64,000 nucleotides of DNA, from the NCBI GenBank assembly GCA_037443725.1, contig JBBINU010000011.1, forward strand, positions 4,833 to 68,832, given 5' to 3'. This DNA comes from Actinomycetota bacterium (lineage in GTDB: Bacteria > Actinomycetota > JBBINU01). A model generated the notes under the pieces. It did not search any database. It was not told the DNA's origin and saw only the letters and a list, made by a program, of their open reading frames with translations. Shown in pieces: positions 9,251-18,075 of the stretch. The position numbers were made by a program, and so were the translations under genes. Each line of letters opens with the position of its first letter. The stretch's first letter is position 1.

Positions 9251-9535
9251 TCCCGCTGCCGCGCCAGGCCAGCCGGTCAGAGCCTCATTGTACCCGGTGG
9301 AGGCGGCCGAACTAGGGGTATGGAAGAGTGGAACAGCGGCGCGGACGTGAGAACCGCTGGGGTTATCTTTTCAGCCGGGGTTGTGGCTATGTCCGCGACT
9401 GCGTCGCGGGAGCTGTGGGGGCAGGGGCGGCTGCGGGCGCAGCAGCGGCTGCGAGCTCCGTGGTGGGTGCTGGCGGCGCGCGGTTGGGCGCGGGTTTGCC
9501 CGGCAAACGTGGGCTGCGGGTTCGGGTGAGAGGGG

Positions 9536-10612
9536 GTGTTTCCTTTGAGGCGAACCGGGTCGGCCACCCTCCCACTTCACGGCGGGAAGGCCCCAGCCTG
9601 GCTTATGGGCTCCATGAAGCGCCTAGCCAGGGAAGTGGTCCTTTTCATCGTGGAGAGGGAAGGTCCCGCAGGCGTGCTGAGACGCCTGGCAGACCCCCAC
9701 TGGTTCCAGTGTCTCGGGGCAGCCCTCGGTTTTGACTGGCACTCCAGCGGCGTCACGACCACTACCCTGGCAGCGGTGAAGCTGGGGTTGGCTGACGTCT
9801 GGAAGGAGGTGGGTCTGTGGGTCGCTGGAGGTAAGGGGCCTGCGGCCAGAATGGCGCCCAGGGAGATCGAGATTGCTGCCGAGGCGTGGGGGGTGAATGC
9901 AGGCCCCCTCGTCCGTGCATCCCGACTAGCCGCCAAAGTGGATAACGCCGCAGTTCAGGACGGCCACCAGCTGTACCACCACGCATTCGTTCTTACAAGT
10001 GGGGGACGGTGGGCGGTGGTGCAGCAGGGGATGGACGCCGGGAGGCGAACGGCCAGGCGGTACCACTGGCTCTCGGAAGGGCTGGCATCGTTCGTTTCTG
10101 ACCCCCATGCGGCGGTTGCCTCTCAGGGCAAGAGGGAGGTGCTGAACCTTGTGGCTGGGGAGGCGGCCGAGCACAGGGCAGCGGTCTCAGCGGTGGCGGG
10201 CCTTCCCCCCGAGCGAAACTTAAAGGCTCTTGAGAGAGCGAGAGAGCTCACCCTTCCGAGGCATCATGACGTGCGTCTTGAGGGGCTTCACCCCGATAGG
10301 CTGAGGAAAGTCCTGCTGGCTACTTACGAACACCCACCCGAGGACTTCGAGAGCCTGTTGGAGCGTCCTGGCCTGGGACCTGCCGCTCTGAGAGCCCTCT
10401 CCCTTCTGGCCGAGCTCGTCTTCGGGACGCCCGCGTCTTTCAGGGACCCGGCAGTATTTTCCTTTGCCCACGGAGGCAAGGACGGACATCCGTATCCTGT
10501 GGATCGCGGGCTCTATGCACAAAGCATTGAGATCCTGAGGGAAGCTGTGTCGAGCGCGCGGGTCGGGCACTTCCAAAAGGCTGAGGCACTCAGAAGGCTT
10601 TCGCTGCTTTGA
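9536..10612 (+). CDS. DUF763 domain protein
   Basis: RRTGSATLPLHGGKAPAWL, FQCLGAALGFDWHSSGVTTT, AAKVDNAAVQDGHQLYHH, FAHGGKDGHPYPV are characteristic of DUF763. Confidence 0.9.
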   Translation: MFPLRRTGSATLPLHGGKAPAWLMGSMKRLAREVVLFIVEREGPAGVLRRLADPHWFQCLGAALGFDWHSSGVTTTTLAAVKLGLADVWKEVGLWVAGGKGPAARMAPREIEIAAEAWGVNAGPLVRASRLAAKVDNAAVQDGHQLYHHAFVLTSGGRWAVVQQGMDAGRRTARRYHWLSEGLASFVSDPHAAVASQGKREVLNLVAGEAAEHRAAVSAVAGLPPERNLKALERARELTLPRHHDVRLEGLHPDRLRKVLLATYEHPPEDFESLLERPGLGPAALRALSLLAELVFGTPASFRDPAVFSFAHGGKDGHPYPVDRGLYAQSIEILREAVSSARVGHFQKAEALRRLSLL

Positions 10613-10681
10613 GACAAGGGTCGGGGGCAACCTGCTGAGGTGGATGCTTCTATTGGGCGGGGCTGCGAATGGCCGAGCCGG

Positions 10682-10790
10682 AGCAGAACCTGGGGTGAGG
10701 GAACGTTTCACGTGAAACTGCTCATGGGCGGCGGCGGCTGGCCGAAGTAAGGAAGCAGAACCTGGGGTGAGGGAACGTTTCACGTGAAAC
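10682..10790. repeat. Two identical 37-bp direct repeats (10682-10718, 10754-10790), each ending in a parS
   Basis: AGCAGAACCTGGGGTGAGGGAACGTTTCACGTGAAAC twice, period 72 bp. Confidence 0.95.
10704..10719. promoter_or_regulatory. parS site
   Basis: CGTTTCACGTGAAACT, perfect 14-bp palindromic core. Confidence 0.9.
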
Positions 10791-10791
10791 G
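10776..10791. promoter_or_regulatory. parS site
   Basis: CGTTTCACGTGAAACG, perfect 16-bp palindrome. Confidence 0.92.
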
Positions 10792-10970
10792 TGGCTTGAG
10801 CTTTGCTCCGGCCGAAGAGCGACTAGGGCTGCAGCAGGCTGGCCTCTCGGAGAGAGCCTCTGGCGGTGTATGTCAGGGGGCCCTGCTAGACTCTGCTGGC
10901 TGACACACCGTCGTCTTTCGAGGCGAGTGGGTGGAGGGGCTGGGAGCGGAAGGGCGGGGGTAACTGGTCG

Positions 10971-11014
10971 GAGCGGGGTGTTGTCCGAGTGAGAGCGGGG
11001 TGTTGTCCGAGTGA
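10971..11014. repeat. 22-bp perfect tandem duplication overlapping the radA start
   Basis: GAGCGGGGTGTTGTCCGAGTGA x2. Confidence 0.95.
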
Positions 11015-12444
11015 GAGCGCGGGCGGAGTCCGTCTGTACGAGCTGCGGGGCACGCCTGCCGAAGTGGGTGGGTCGCTGTCCTGAGTGCGGCTCCTGGGGG
11101 ACGGTAGAAGAGGGGGCCGAAGGGGAGAGGAGGCCCCGGCCCACGTTTCTGCAACTCGGGGAAGTCTCGCCCTTGACCGGGACCCGCCTTCAAACAGGCT
11201 TGGGTGAACTTGACAGGGTGCTGGGCGGAGGGCTGGTGCGCGGCAGCGTGGCCCTGCTCGCGGGCGAGCCGGGGGTGGGGAAGTCGACCCTGGCCCTCCA
11301 GATGCTGTGTGGGGTGGTCCAGGGGGCAGGCGTCGGTCTCCTGATCTCCGCGGAGGAGTCCCCAACACAGGTGGCCATGCGTGCGGCCCGCCTCGGTCCG
11401 GGCTCGGAGGGGATTCTTATCGCCCCCGAGTCGAGCCTCGGCGGAGCTCTGGCTGTGCTCGAGGAGGCGAAACCCGAACTGGCAGTGGTCGACTCCATCC
11501 AGACCATTTACGACACCGACCTGGCTGGCGGTCCCGGAAGCCCTGTCCAGGTCAGGGAATGTGTGGCCAGGTTAGTGAGGGCTGCGAAGGACATGGGGAG
11601 CACCCTCTTGCTCATAGGGCATGTGACGAAGGACGGGACCGTGGCCGGCCCGAAGAGCGTCGAACACCTTGTGGACGTGGTCCTCACTTTCGAGGGCGAG
11701 GCGGGCGGAAGTGTCCGGGTGTTGAGGTCGGCCAAGAATAGGTTCGGGCCCTGCCCGGAGGTGGCCTTCTTCGAGATGACGGAGGGGGGGCTGGTCTGCC
11801 TCTCCGACGTCTCGCGGCTTTTCCTGGCCCGAAGGCCGGACGGCGCGGGCGTGGCCGTGGCCGGAGTGCTCGAGGGGAGCCGGGCTCTCCTGGTTGAGGT
11901 TCAGGCTCTGGTGGCTCCGTCACCCCTAAGTTACCCGAGGCGAGCTGCAGCGGGTCTGGACGGGAGGCGAGTGCCCCTCGTGCTCGCGGTGGTGGAGGCC
12001 AAGCTGGGTGTCCCCGTGTCGAGGGCAGATGTCTTCGCGGCGATCCCGGGCGGGATGACCGTGCATGATCCGGGAGCAGACCTGGCTCTGGCCATGGCTG
12101 TTGTTTCCTGCTGGTCAGGAAGGCCGGTGGCCTCTGATACTGTGGTCATCGGTGAGGTGGGCCTGGGTGGAGAGGTGAGGGCACCCAGGGCTCTGCCGCA
12201 GAGGCTCACTGAGGCGGCACGCATGGGCTTCTCCAGGGTGGTGGTCCCTAAGGGCGTGGCCTTGCCTGGACTCGAAGTCGTCGGGGTCGCAGACGTGGCT
12301 GAGGCGGCCGAAGCCTGCCTGGGTCCGGGCTGGCGGAAGCGTGGGAAGGTCGCGGGTGCAAGCGGCCTTAAGAACGGCCTCCGGCCGAGGGTGGATGTGC
12401 AGCACGCGCCCGACGCCTCTGCCTGCCCTGAGGAGGTGGACTGA
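11011..12444 (+). CDS. radA: DNA repair protein RadA/Sms
   Basis: C4 zinc finger CTSC...CPEC, Walker A GEPGVGKST, DSIQT, KNRFG motif, Lon-like C-terminal domain. Confidence 0.97.
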   Translation: MRARAESVCTSCGARLPKWVGRCPECGSWGTVEEGAEGERRPRPTFLQLGEVSPLTGTRLQTGLGELDRVLGGGLVRGSVALLAGEPGVGKSTLALQMLCGVVQGAGVGLLISAEESPTQVAMRAARLGPGSEGILIAPESSLGGALAVLEEAKPELAVVDSIQTIYDTDLAGGPGSPVQVRECVARLVRAAKDMGSTLLLIGHVTKDGTVAGPKSVEHLVDVVLTFEGEAGGSVRVLRSAKNRFGPCPEVAFFEMTEGGLVCLSDVSRLFLARRPDGAGVAVAGVLEGSRALLVEVQALVAPSPLSYPRRAAAGLDGRRVPLVLAVVEAKLGVPVSRADVFAAIPGGMTVHDPGADLALAMAVVSCWSGRPVASDTVVIGEVGLGGEVRAPRALPQRLTEAARMGFSRVVVPKGVALPGLEVVGVADVAEAAEACLGPGWRKRGKVAGASGLKNGLRPRVDVQHAPDASACPEEVD

Positions 12445-12494
12445 AGGGTGTGGGGGCCCGCTGGGGGTCAGTGGAAGAGGGCGGAGGCTAGAGA

Positions 12495-13556
12495 GTGGTC
12501 AAGCAGATAGAGGAGGTTTTGGCTCTCGTTGCTCCGGGGACGCCGTTGCGGGAGGCTCTGGAGAGGATCATCAGGGCCGAGACGGGGGCCCTGATTGTCC
12601 TCGGGGACGAAGAGGCGGTTCAGGACGTAGTCTCCGGGGGCATTCGGCTGGACGCAGAGTTCACCCCCGAGCGGCTCTCCGAGCTCTCGAAGATGGACGG
12701 GGCGGTAGTGCTTTCCTCGGATCTGAGCCGGATCGCCTATGCCAACGTGCATCTCATACCCGACCCCTCCATCCCAACCTCGGAGTCCGGGATGCGGCAC
12801 CGGACGGCGGAGAGGGTGGCGAAACAGACCGGTGTGCCCGTGGTGGCCGTCTCCCAGCAGATGCGCCGGGTGACCGTGTACACTGCGGAGCAGAGGCACG
12901 TCCTTGAGGATCTGGGCGCCCTGCTGGCTCGAGCAAACCAGGTCCTCCAGGCCCTGGAACGCTACAGGGCGAGGCTGGACTCGGGATATGCATCCCTTTC
13001 TGCCCTCGAGGTCGAGGATGCTGTCCTCCTTCGGGATGTGGTCACCGTGCTGCAGAGGTCGGAGATGGTCCTCCGGATGGGGGCGGAGGGACGCAGGTAC
13101 GTTCTGGAGCTAGGCAGCGAGGGGCGGCTCCTCCGTCTCCAGCTCGAGGAGCTCCTCGCCGGGGTTGAGGGCGAGCGAATCCTCCTCATCAAGGATTACG
13201 CGGTGGAGGGGAAGAGGGCGGACCCGGCTGCCGTGGCGGACGAGCTCAAGGCGCTCTCCTCACAGGAGCTCGTTGATCTCTGCGCCGTCGCGAGCGTACT
13301 GGGGTTCCCAGCCTCTCCCGAGTCCCTTGAGACCCCGGTTACGCCCAGGGGGTATCGGCTTCTCTCCCGCATCCCCAAGCTGCCCCAGGCCGTGGTGGAG
13401 AACCTGGTGGAGCACTTTGGGAGCCTGCCCGCCATGATGTCGGCGAGCATTGAGAGTCTCGATGCTGTGGAGGGGGTTGGGGAGGCACGGGCGCGGGCGA
13501 TAAGGGAGGGACTGCTGAGGGTGGCGGAGGCTAGCCTTCTGGACAGGATCCGGTAG
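12495..13556 (+). CDS. disA: DNA integrity scanning diadenylate cyclase DisA
   Basis: APGTPLREALERI, catalytic DGA (KMDGAV) and RHRTA motifs, C-terminal HhH (VEGVGEARAR); follows radA. Confidence 0.97.
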   Translation: MVKQIEEVLALVAPGTPLREALERIIRAETGALIVLGDEEAVQDVVSGGIRLDAEFTPERLSELSKMDGAVVLSSDLSRIAYANVHLIPDPSIPTSESGMRHRTAERVAKQTGVPVVAVSQQMRRVTVYTAEQRHVLEDLGALLARANQVLQALERYRARLDSGYASLSALEVEDAVLLRDVVTVLQRSEMVLRMGAEGRRYVLELGSEGRLLRLQLEELLAGVEGERILLIKDYAVEGKRADPAAVADELKALSSQELVDLCAVASVLGFPASPESLETPVTPRGYRLLSRIPKLPQAVVENLVEHFGSLPAMMSASIESLDAVEGVGEARARAIREGLLRVAEASLLDRIR

Positions 13557-13787
13557 GTGGGTGTTGTGGGGTCTCTGCTCCGGTCTGAAGGGGGTGTTCC
13601 GCTGCGGGTTTGGCCGCTCGGGGCCGCCGGCGGGGCATGCGCGGGGGGCCTCGCGATGGCAGCGGGGCCGGGGTTGGGGGCGTCCAGTTGGAGGAGCGGG
13701 TAGGAGTGGCCGGCTCTAACGGGGCGGAGGGGGCGAGGGCGTTGCCCACTTTTGGGGCGAGGTGGTAGCATAGATTTGTTCTCGAGG

Positions 13788-14276
13788 ATGTTCGAGATCG
13801 GTCAGCGTATTCTCTATCCTCATCACGGGGTCGTGACCCTGCAGTCCATTGAAGAGCGGGAGTTCAGCGGTTGCAGGAGCACGTACTACGTGCTGAGGAT
13901 GGAGTCGGAGTCCCTGACCCTCCTGGTGCCTACCGACGCTGCTGAGCAGGTGGGATTGAGGCCCCTCATCTCCCGGAAGGAGGTGAAGAAGGTCCTTCAG
14001 TCCCTCTCCCAGAAGGACGGGGTCCAGCAGGAGAACACATCTAACTGGAGCAGGCGTTTTAAGGAGCACGTAGACAAGATCCGTTCGGGAGACGTTTACC
14101 AGCTGGCCGAGGTTGTAAAGGGTCTCACGCTGCGTGAGCGCGAGCGGGGTCTCTCTCTGGGGGAGAAGAGGACCCTGCAGAAGGCCAGGCAGATCTTGGT
14201 GGAGGAGCTGGCCTTCGCTTCCGATACCCCCAGAGAGGAGATGGAGAAGGTAGTCGACCGCGTCCTCGGCCTCTAG
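13788..14276 (+). CDS. carD: CarD family RNA polymerase-binding regulator
   Basis: MFEIGQRILYPHHGVV, LLVPT...VGLRPLI, conserved Trp in NWSRRFK, LSLGEKRTLQKARQILVEE. Confidence 0.95.
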   Translation: MFEIGQRILYPHHGVVTLQSIEEREFSGCRSTYYVLRMESESLTLLVPTDAAEQVGLRPLISRKEVKKVLQSLSQKDGVQQENTSNWSRRFKEHVDKIRSGDVYQLAEVVKGLTLRERERGLSLGEKRTLQKARQILVEELAFASDTPREEMEKVVDRVLGL

Positions 14277-14291
14277 CGCCCGGGTGGAAGC

Positions 14292-14319
14292 GGTCGGGTT
14301 CCAGGGGTCGGGTTCCAGG
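14292..14319. repeat. 14-bp tandem duplication
   Basis: GGTCGGGTTCCAGG x2 just after the carD stop. Confidence 0.9.
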
Positions 14320-14355
14320 GCTCCCCTCACCACTCGCGCTGGGTGCTTTTTCTGC

Positions 14356-14396
14356 TTTCCCGAGGGAGGCTCGAGTTTCCCCGAGGGAGGCTCGAG
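14356..14396. repeat. 20/21-bp tandem duplication
   Basis: TTTCCCGAGGGAGGCTCGAG followed by TTTCCCCGAGGGAGGCTCGAG. Confidence 0.9.
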
Positions 14397-14529
14397 CTAG
14401 TGGTGGAAGAGTCTCGAGGCTAGAGGAACTGCCCATGGGCGGCCTGAGCCCTGGCGTCCGTTATGCTTGGCGCGGTCGTTGGCGGGCTGAGCTGGCATTG
14501 GCTACCAGGGTGCTCCTGGCCGAAGCCGG

Positions 14530-15759
14530 GTGGATGGAGTTGGCGCCCTCGGTACCCTGGCTGGCCGGCGGCAGCCCTTCTTCAAGGGTGCAGGGGTCCT
14601 GTTGGCGAGGGGGCGGCGGGGAGTAGAGGGGCAGGGCAAGCGCGCTTCCGGCCTTCTGGTCGAGGCGGTTCGCCTCGTCTTCGTGGCGGCCTTTACCGGT
14701 CTTGGTTACGAGGTGGGGCTGGAGGCGGGGAGCGAGCGCGTTCTCTTGTACGGTGTCGTTCTGGGCAGTCTGGTGGGCTTTGTGGTTGGGGGTGTTGGGG
14801 GCAGGGCGCTGGCCCGGGCTGCCGCCGAGGCGGAGGCGAGGGCGGCGAGGATCCCCGCGGCCGACATGGTGGCGGGTGTCCTCGGCGGGCTGGTGGGACT
14901 GGCGGGCGGGGTCTTGCTCGGTCTGCCCCTCATCTTTCTCCCCTTCCGCGTAGTGGGGGTCTCCTTCGCAGTGCTGATTTCCTTGGGCGCGGCCTGGTTG
15001 GGAGCGGGGATCGGGGTCGCAAAGAGGGAGGAGATCCTCGCCGCGCTCGGGGTGCGGTTGCTTCCTGCGGAGCCCAGGGAGGTGGTTCTGGACACCAGTG
15101 CCTTGGTGGACGGACGGGTCGTTGAGGTCTTTAGGAGCGGCTTTCTCCCTGGAAGGTTCGTTATTCCCGCTGCTGTGCTGGAGGAGCTTAAGGCGATGGC
15201 CGACTCTGAGGAGGAGATGAGGAAGGCGAGGGGCAGGCGCGGGTTCGAGGTGCTGGAGGCCCTTAAGGGGGCGGGGGGGTCCGTTCGTACCGACTGGCGT
15301 GAGTTCCCCGGGATCATCTCGGTTGACGGCAAGGCCCTGGAGCTTGCGAGGAACCTCGGTGCGGCCCTGGTCACCACCGACTCGGCTCTGGCGCGGACGG
15401 CGGAGGCGGGCGGTGTGAGGGTGCTCGACATCTCCGGTCTGGCGGCCTCCTTGCGGATACCCGCGTCCCCCGGGACGAGACTCGAGCTGCTCCTCGTGAG
15501 GGAAGGCAGGAGTCCCGGGCAGGCTGTGGGGTACCTGGACGATGGAACCATGGTGGTAGTGGAGGGGGCGTCGGGGCTCATCGGCGAGAGGCGAGAGGTT
15601 CTGGTGACGGGGGTTTCCCAGTCGAGGGGGGGCCGGATCCTCTTCGGGCGGCTCGCCGGTGTCGAGGGTGGGTCCCGCGGCGGCGCTCCACGAGGCCAGG
15701 GACCCCCCGGCTCCGGTGCCGCGGCGGCTGAAGAAGGTGCTCAGGGAGGGGAGGGATGA
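14530..15759 (+). CDS. Membrane-anchored PIN/TRAM domain protein (YacL-like)
   Basis: Four N-terminal TM helices; PIN core VLDTSALVDGR, VLEEL, RGRRG, LVTTD; TRAM GQAVGYLDDGTMVVVE. True start probably downstream of 14530. Confidence 0.9.
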   Translation: MDGVGALGTLAGRRQPFFKGAGVLLARGRRGVEGQGKRASGLLVEAVRLVFVAAFTGLGYEVGLEAGSERVLLYGVVLGSLVGFVVGGVGGRALARAAAEAEARAARIPAADMVAGVLGGLVGLAGGVLLGLPLIFLPFRVVGVSFAVLISLGAAWLGAGIGVAKREEILAALGVRLLPAEPREVVLDTSALVDGRVVEVFRSGFLPGRFVIPAAVLEELKAMADSEEEMRKARGRRGFEVLEALKGAGGSVRTDWREFPGIISVDGKALELARNLGAALVTTDSALARTAEAGGVRVLDISGLAASLRIPASPGTRLELLLVREGRSPGQAVGYLDDGTMVVVEGASGLIGERREVLVTGVSQSRGGRILFGRLAGVEGGSRGGAPRGQGPPGSGAAAAEEGAQGGEG

Positions 15760-17069
15760 GGGGCGGGGTAAGGGTGGGCGCCGTGGTGGTGGGCGCCGGG
15801 AGGGGAGAGAGGATGGGCGCGGGGGTTCCAAAGGCCTTTCGGGAGCTCCGCGGGCGGCCTCTTCTCTGGTACTCCCTCTCAACCCTCGAGCGGGTGGAGG
15901 TGGTAGGGGAGGTTGCGGTCGTGGTACCGCCCGGGTGGGAGGAGAGGGCTCGGCAGCTCGTCTCAAGCAAGGTGAAGGCCGTTGTACCAGGCGGGAAGAC
16001 GAGGCAGGAGTCGGTGAGGTTGGGTCTGGAGGCTCTTCTGGGGCTAAGGGGTGAAAGAGGGGAGGGTGACTCCGGGGGAGCTCGGGGGGCGGAGGGTGGA
16101 GACTTCCGGCTCGGAGGTCAGGGGTTCCCCGGGACCGGGCTGGTAATCGTCCACGACGCGGCCAGACCCCTTGCCACGCCCGGTCTTTTCCGCAAGGTTG
16201 TGGCCTCCCTCCTGGCGGAGGATGAGGGAGCTGGTGGCGCGGTCCCCGTCCTTCCCGTCCGGGAGAGTCTCAAGGCTGGAGCGGACGGGGGTCTTAGGAG
16301 CGTACCGCGGGAGGGGGTCCTTCTTGCCCAGACTCCGCAGGTGTTCTGGGCAGAGGCCCTGATCAAAGGGCACCTTCTCGGGCGGAACAGACTTCTGCCC
16401 GCGGCTGATGACGCGGAGCTCGTGGAGGAGGCAGGCTATCGCATCCTGGGGGTACCGGGGGAGGAGACGAATATAAAGGTGACCACGGAAGCAGATCTCG
16501 TCGTGGCCAGCTCTCTTCTCGAGACCGAACTCAGGGAAGAGTTGCTTCTCGAGCCTGAGGCCCTCGCCCTCGGGGGACCGGGTGGGGAGATCCGGGTGGG
16601 TGTCGGCTATGATCTTCATCCGCTGCGTGCGGGGAGGCCTCTCGTCCTGGGTGGCGTGAGCATTCCCCACGAAGTGGGTCTCGAGGGTCACTCCGACGCC
16701 GATGTGATCTGCCATGCGGTGGCGGATGCCCTCCTCGGAGCAGCAGCCCTTGGGGACCTAGGCGCCCTCTTCCCCTCCGGTGACCCTCGCCTGGCGGGGG
16801 TCTCCAGCCTCAAGCTCCTGGGAGAGGTGGTCGCGAGACTGGCCGGGGCGGGATGGAGGCCAGTCAACGCCGACGTGAGCTTGGTTCTCGAGAGGCCGAG
16901 GGTGGCCCCGTACTTGGAGGAGATGAGATCTCTCCTGGCCGGGGTTCTTGGGGTGGAAAGGGAAAGGGTGAGTGTCAAGGCTGTCTCCCCTGAGGGGCTC
17001 GGAGCGCTCGGCAGGGAAGAAGGGGCCTCTGCCATCGCCGTCTGCCTGGTTTCTCGGAGGCGATCCTGA
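15756..17069 (+). CDS. ispDF: Bifunctional IspD/IspF
   Basis: IspD: GAGRGERMG..PKAF, GGKTRQES, HDAARP, AQTPQ, NIKVT. IspF: VGVGYDLH, GHSDADVICHA, GDLG..FP; one frame. Confidence 0.95.
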   Translation: MRGGVRVGAVVVGAGRGERMGAGVPKAFRELRGRPLLWYSLSTLERVEVVGEVAVVVPPGWEERARQLVSSKVKAVVPGGKTRQESVRLGLEALLGLRGERGEGDSGGARGAEGGDFRLGGQGFPGTGLVIVHDAARPLATPGLFRKVVASLLAEDEGAGGAVPVLPVRESLKAGADGGLRSVPREGVLLAQTPQVFWAEALIKGHLLGRNRLLPAADDAELVEEAGYRILGVPGEETNIKVTTEADLVVASSLLETELREELLLEPEALALGGPGGEIRVGVGYDLHPLRAGRPLVLGGVSIPHEVGLEGHSDADVICHAVADALLGAAALGDLGALFPSGDPRLAGVSSLKLLGEVVARLAGAGWRPVNADVSLVLERPRVAPYLEEMRSLLAGVLGVERERVSVKAVSPEGLGALGREEGASAIAVCLVSRRRS

Positions 17070-17144
17070 GCTGCGGGCCTGGCGCTCAGGAGGCCGCTAG
17101 GTGGGCAGGTTCTCGGCGGGGGGGTGCACCGCGGGCGGTCCCCC

Positions 17145-17963
17145 TTACTGCCCTCGGCGGTTGCGCGGGGTCGGTTGGCCCTTTCCACCCTTCGGAGGCT
17201 TGCCCGCAGCGCGTGGGGGTCCGGAGGCCCCATTTCCGCAGTGCTCGAGGGCGGTTAGGAGTACCGAGGCAAAAAGGCCGGGCTTCTTCAGGTTCCAGTC
17301 ATGATCGCCTGGGACCAGAAGGAGCCTTCCGCCCGCAAGCCGGGCCATCTCCCTGGCCATGTCAACGGGGAGGAGGGTCTCCCCTTTGCCCCAGATGACG
17401 TAGGTGGGGATCCCCAGGTTTCTCAAGCGCGGCAGAAGGGGGCGGAGGTCCGCCCTGGTTGCCCAGAGGGCTGCGCTAGCGAGGGATAGAGCTCCTCCCC
17501 CCAGGCCGACTCTTAAGAAGTGGGCGGCAGCACGCCCCCCCTGTACGCTCACGTACCTGGTGAAAGGCAGGGTCCACCGAAGGAATGAGCTGCGTGCTGG
17601 GGGTATCCCTATTGCATCGACCAGGACGAGACAGCGACACATCCGGGGGTAGGTGGTGGCTGTTAGCACAGCCAGGGCGCCGCCCAGGGAGTGACCAACT
17701 ACGGCTGCAGGTCCGGCGCCATCCCCCTCGAGGAGGGCGACGGACCGGGCCACGGCGGCGGCAGGGCTCCAGGGCACGGGGGTGCGGGTGAGATCGGGAA
17801 TTACCACTCGGTAACCGTGCCTGGCAAGAATGGCGGCTGCCTCGCGGTACAGGTGGGGTACAAGGCCCCAGCCGGGATAAATCAGGATCGAGCTACCCGC
17901 CCCGAGGGACAGATGGTCGATGGTGGGTGCTCCCTGCTGGCGGCGTCCTGTCCCGCGACTCAC
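17145..17963 (-). CDS. Alpha/beta-fold hydrolase
   Basis: Nucleophile elbow GHSLGG, VIWGKGE, terminal GDHD; start uncertain. Confidence 0.8.
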   Translation of the reverse strand: MSRGTGRRQQGAPTIDHLSLGAGSSILIYPGWGLVPHLYREAAAILARHGYRVVIPDLTRTPVPWSPAAAVARSVALLEGDGAGPAAVVGHSLGGALAVLTATTYPRMCRCLVLVDAIGIPPARSSFLRWTLPFTRYVSVQGGRAAAHFLRVGLGGGALSLASAALWATRADLRPLLPRLRNLGIPTYVIWGKGETLLPVDMAREMARLAGGRLLLVPGDHDWNLKKPGLFASVLLTALEHCGNGASGPPRAAGKPPKGGKGQPTPRNRRGQ

Positions 17964-18075
17964 CTCGACCCATAAAGGTAGCCTCTGACGGCGGGCGGGG
18001 CGAGTCGCCCGAGGCTTTCGTGGCGCGCTACACGGCCCAGGGTGAGGGTGGCCGGCTGCTAGAATCCGAGCGACC

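Noticed and set aside
10682-10790. Mini CRISPR array (37-bp repeat ending GAAAC, 35-bp spacer)
   Set aside because: Only two copies, no cas genes or leader, and the repeat end is a parS palindrome; better explained as a parS duplication.
14461-15966. Long antisense or alternate-frame ORFs (also 1877-2734, 26457-27461, 29351-30517, 31016-32353, 39710-40708, 52346-53524)
   Set aside because: They lie opposite well-supported genes, have no motifs, and are expected in high-GC DNA with few stop codons.
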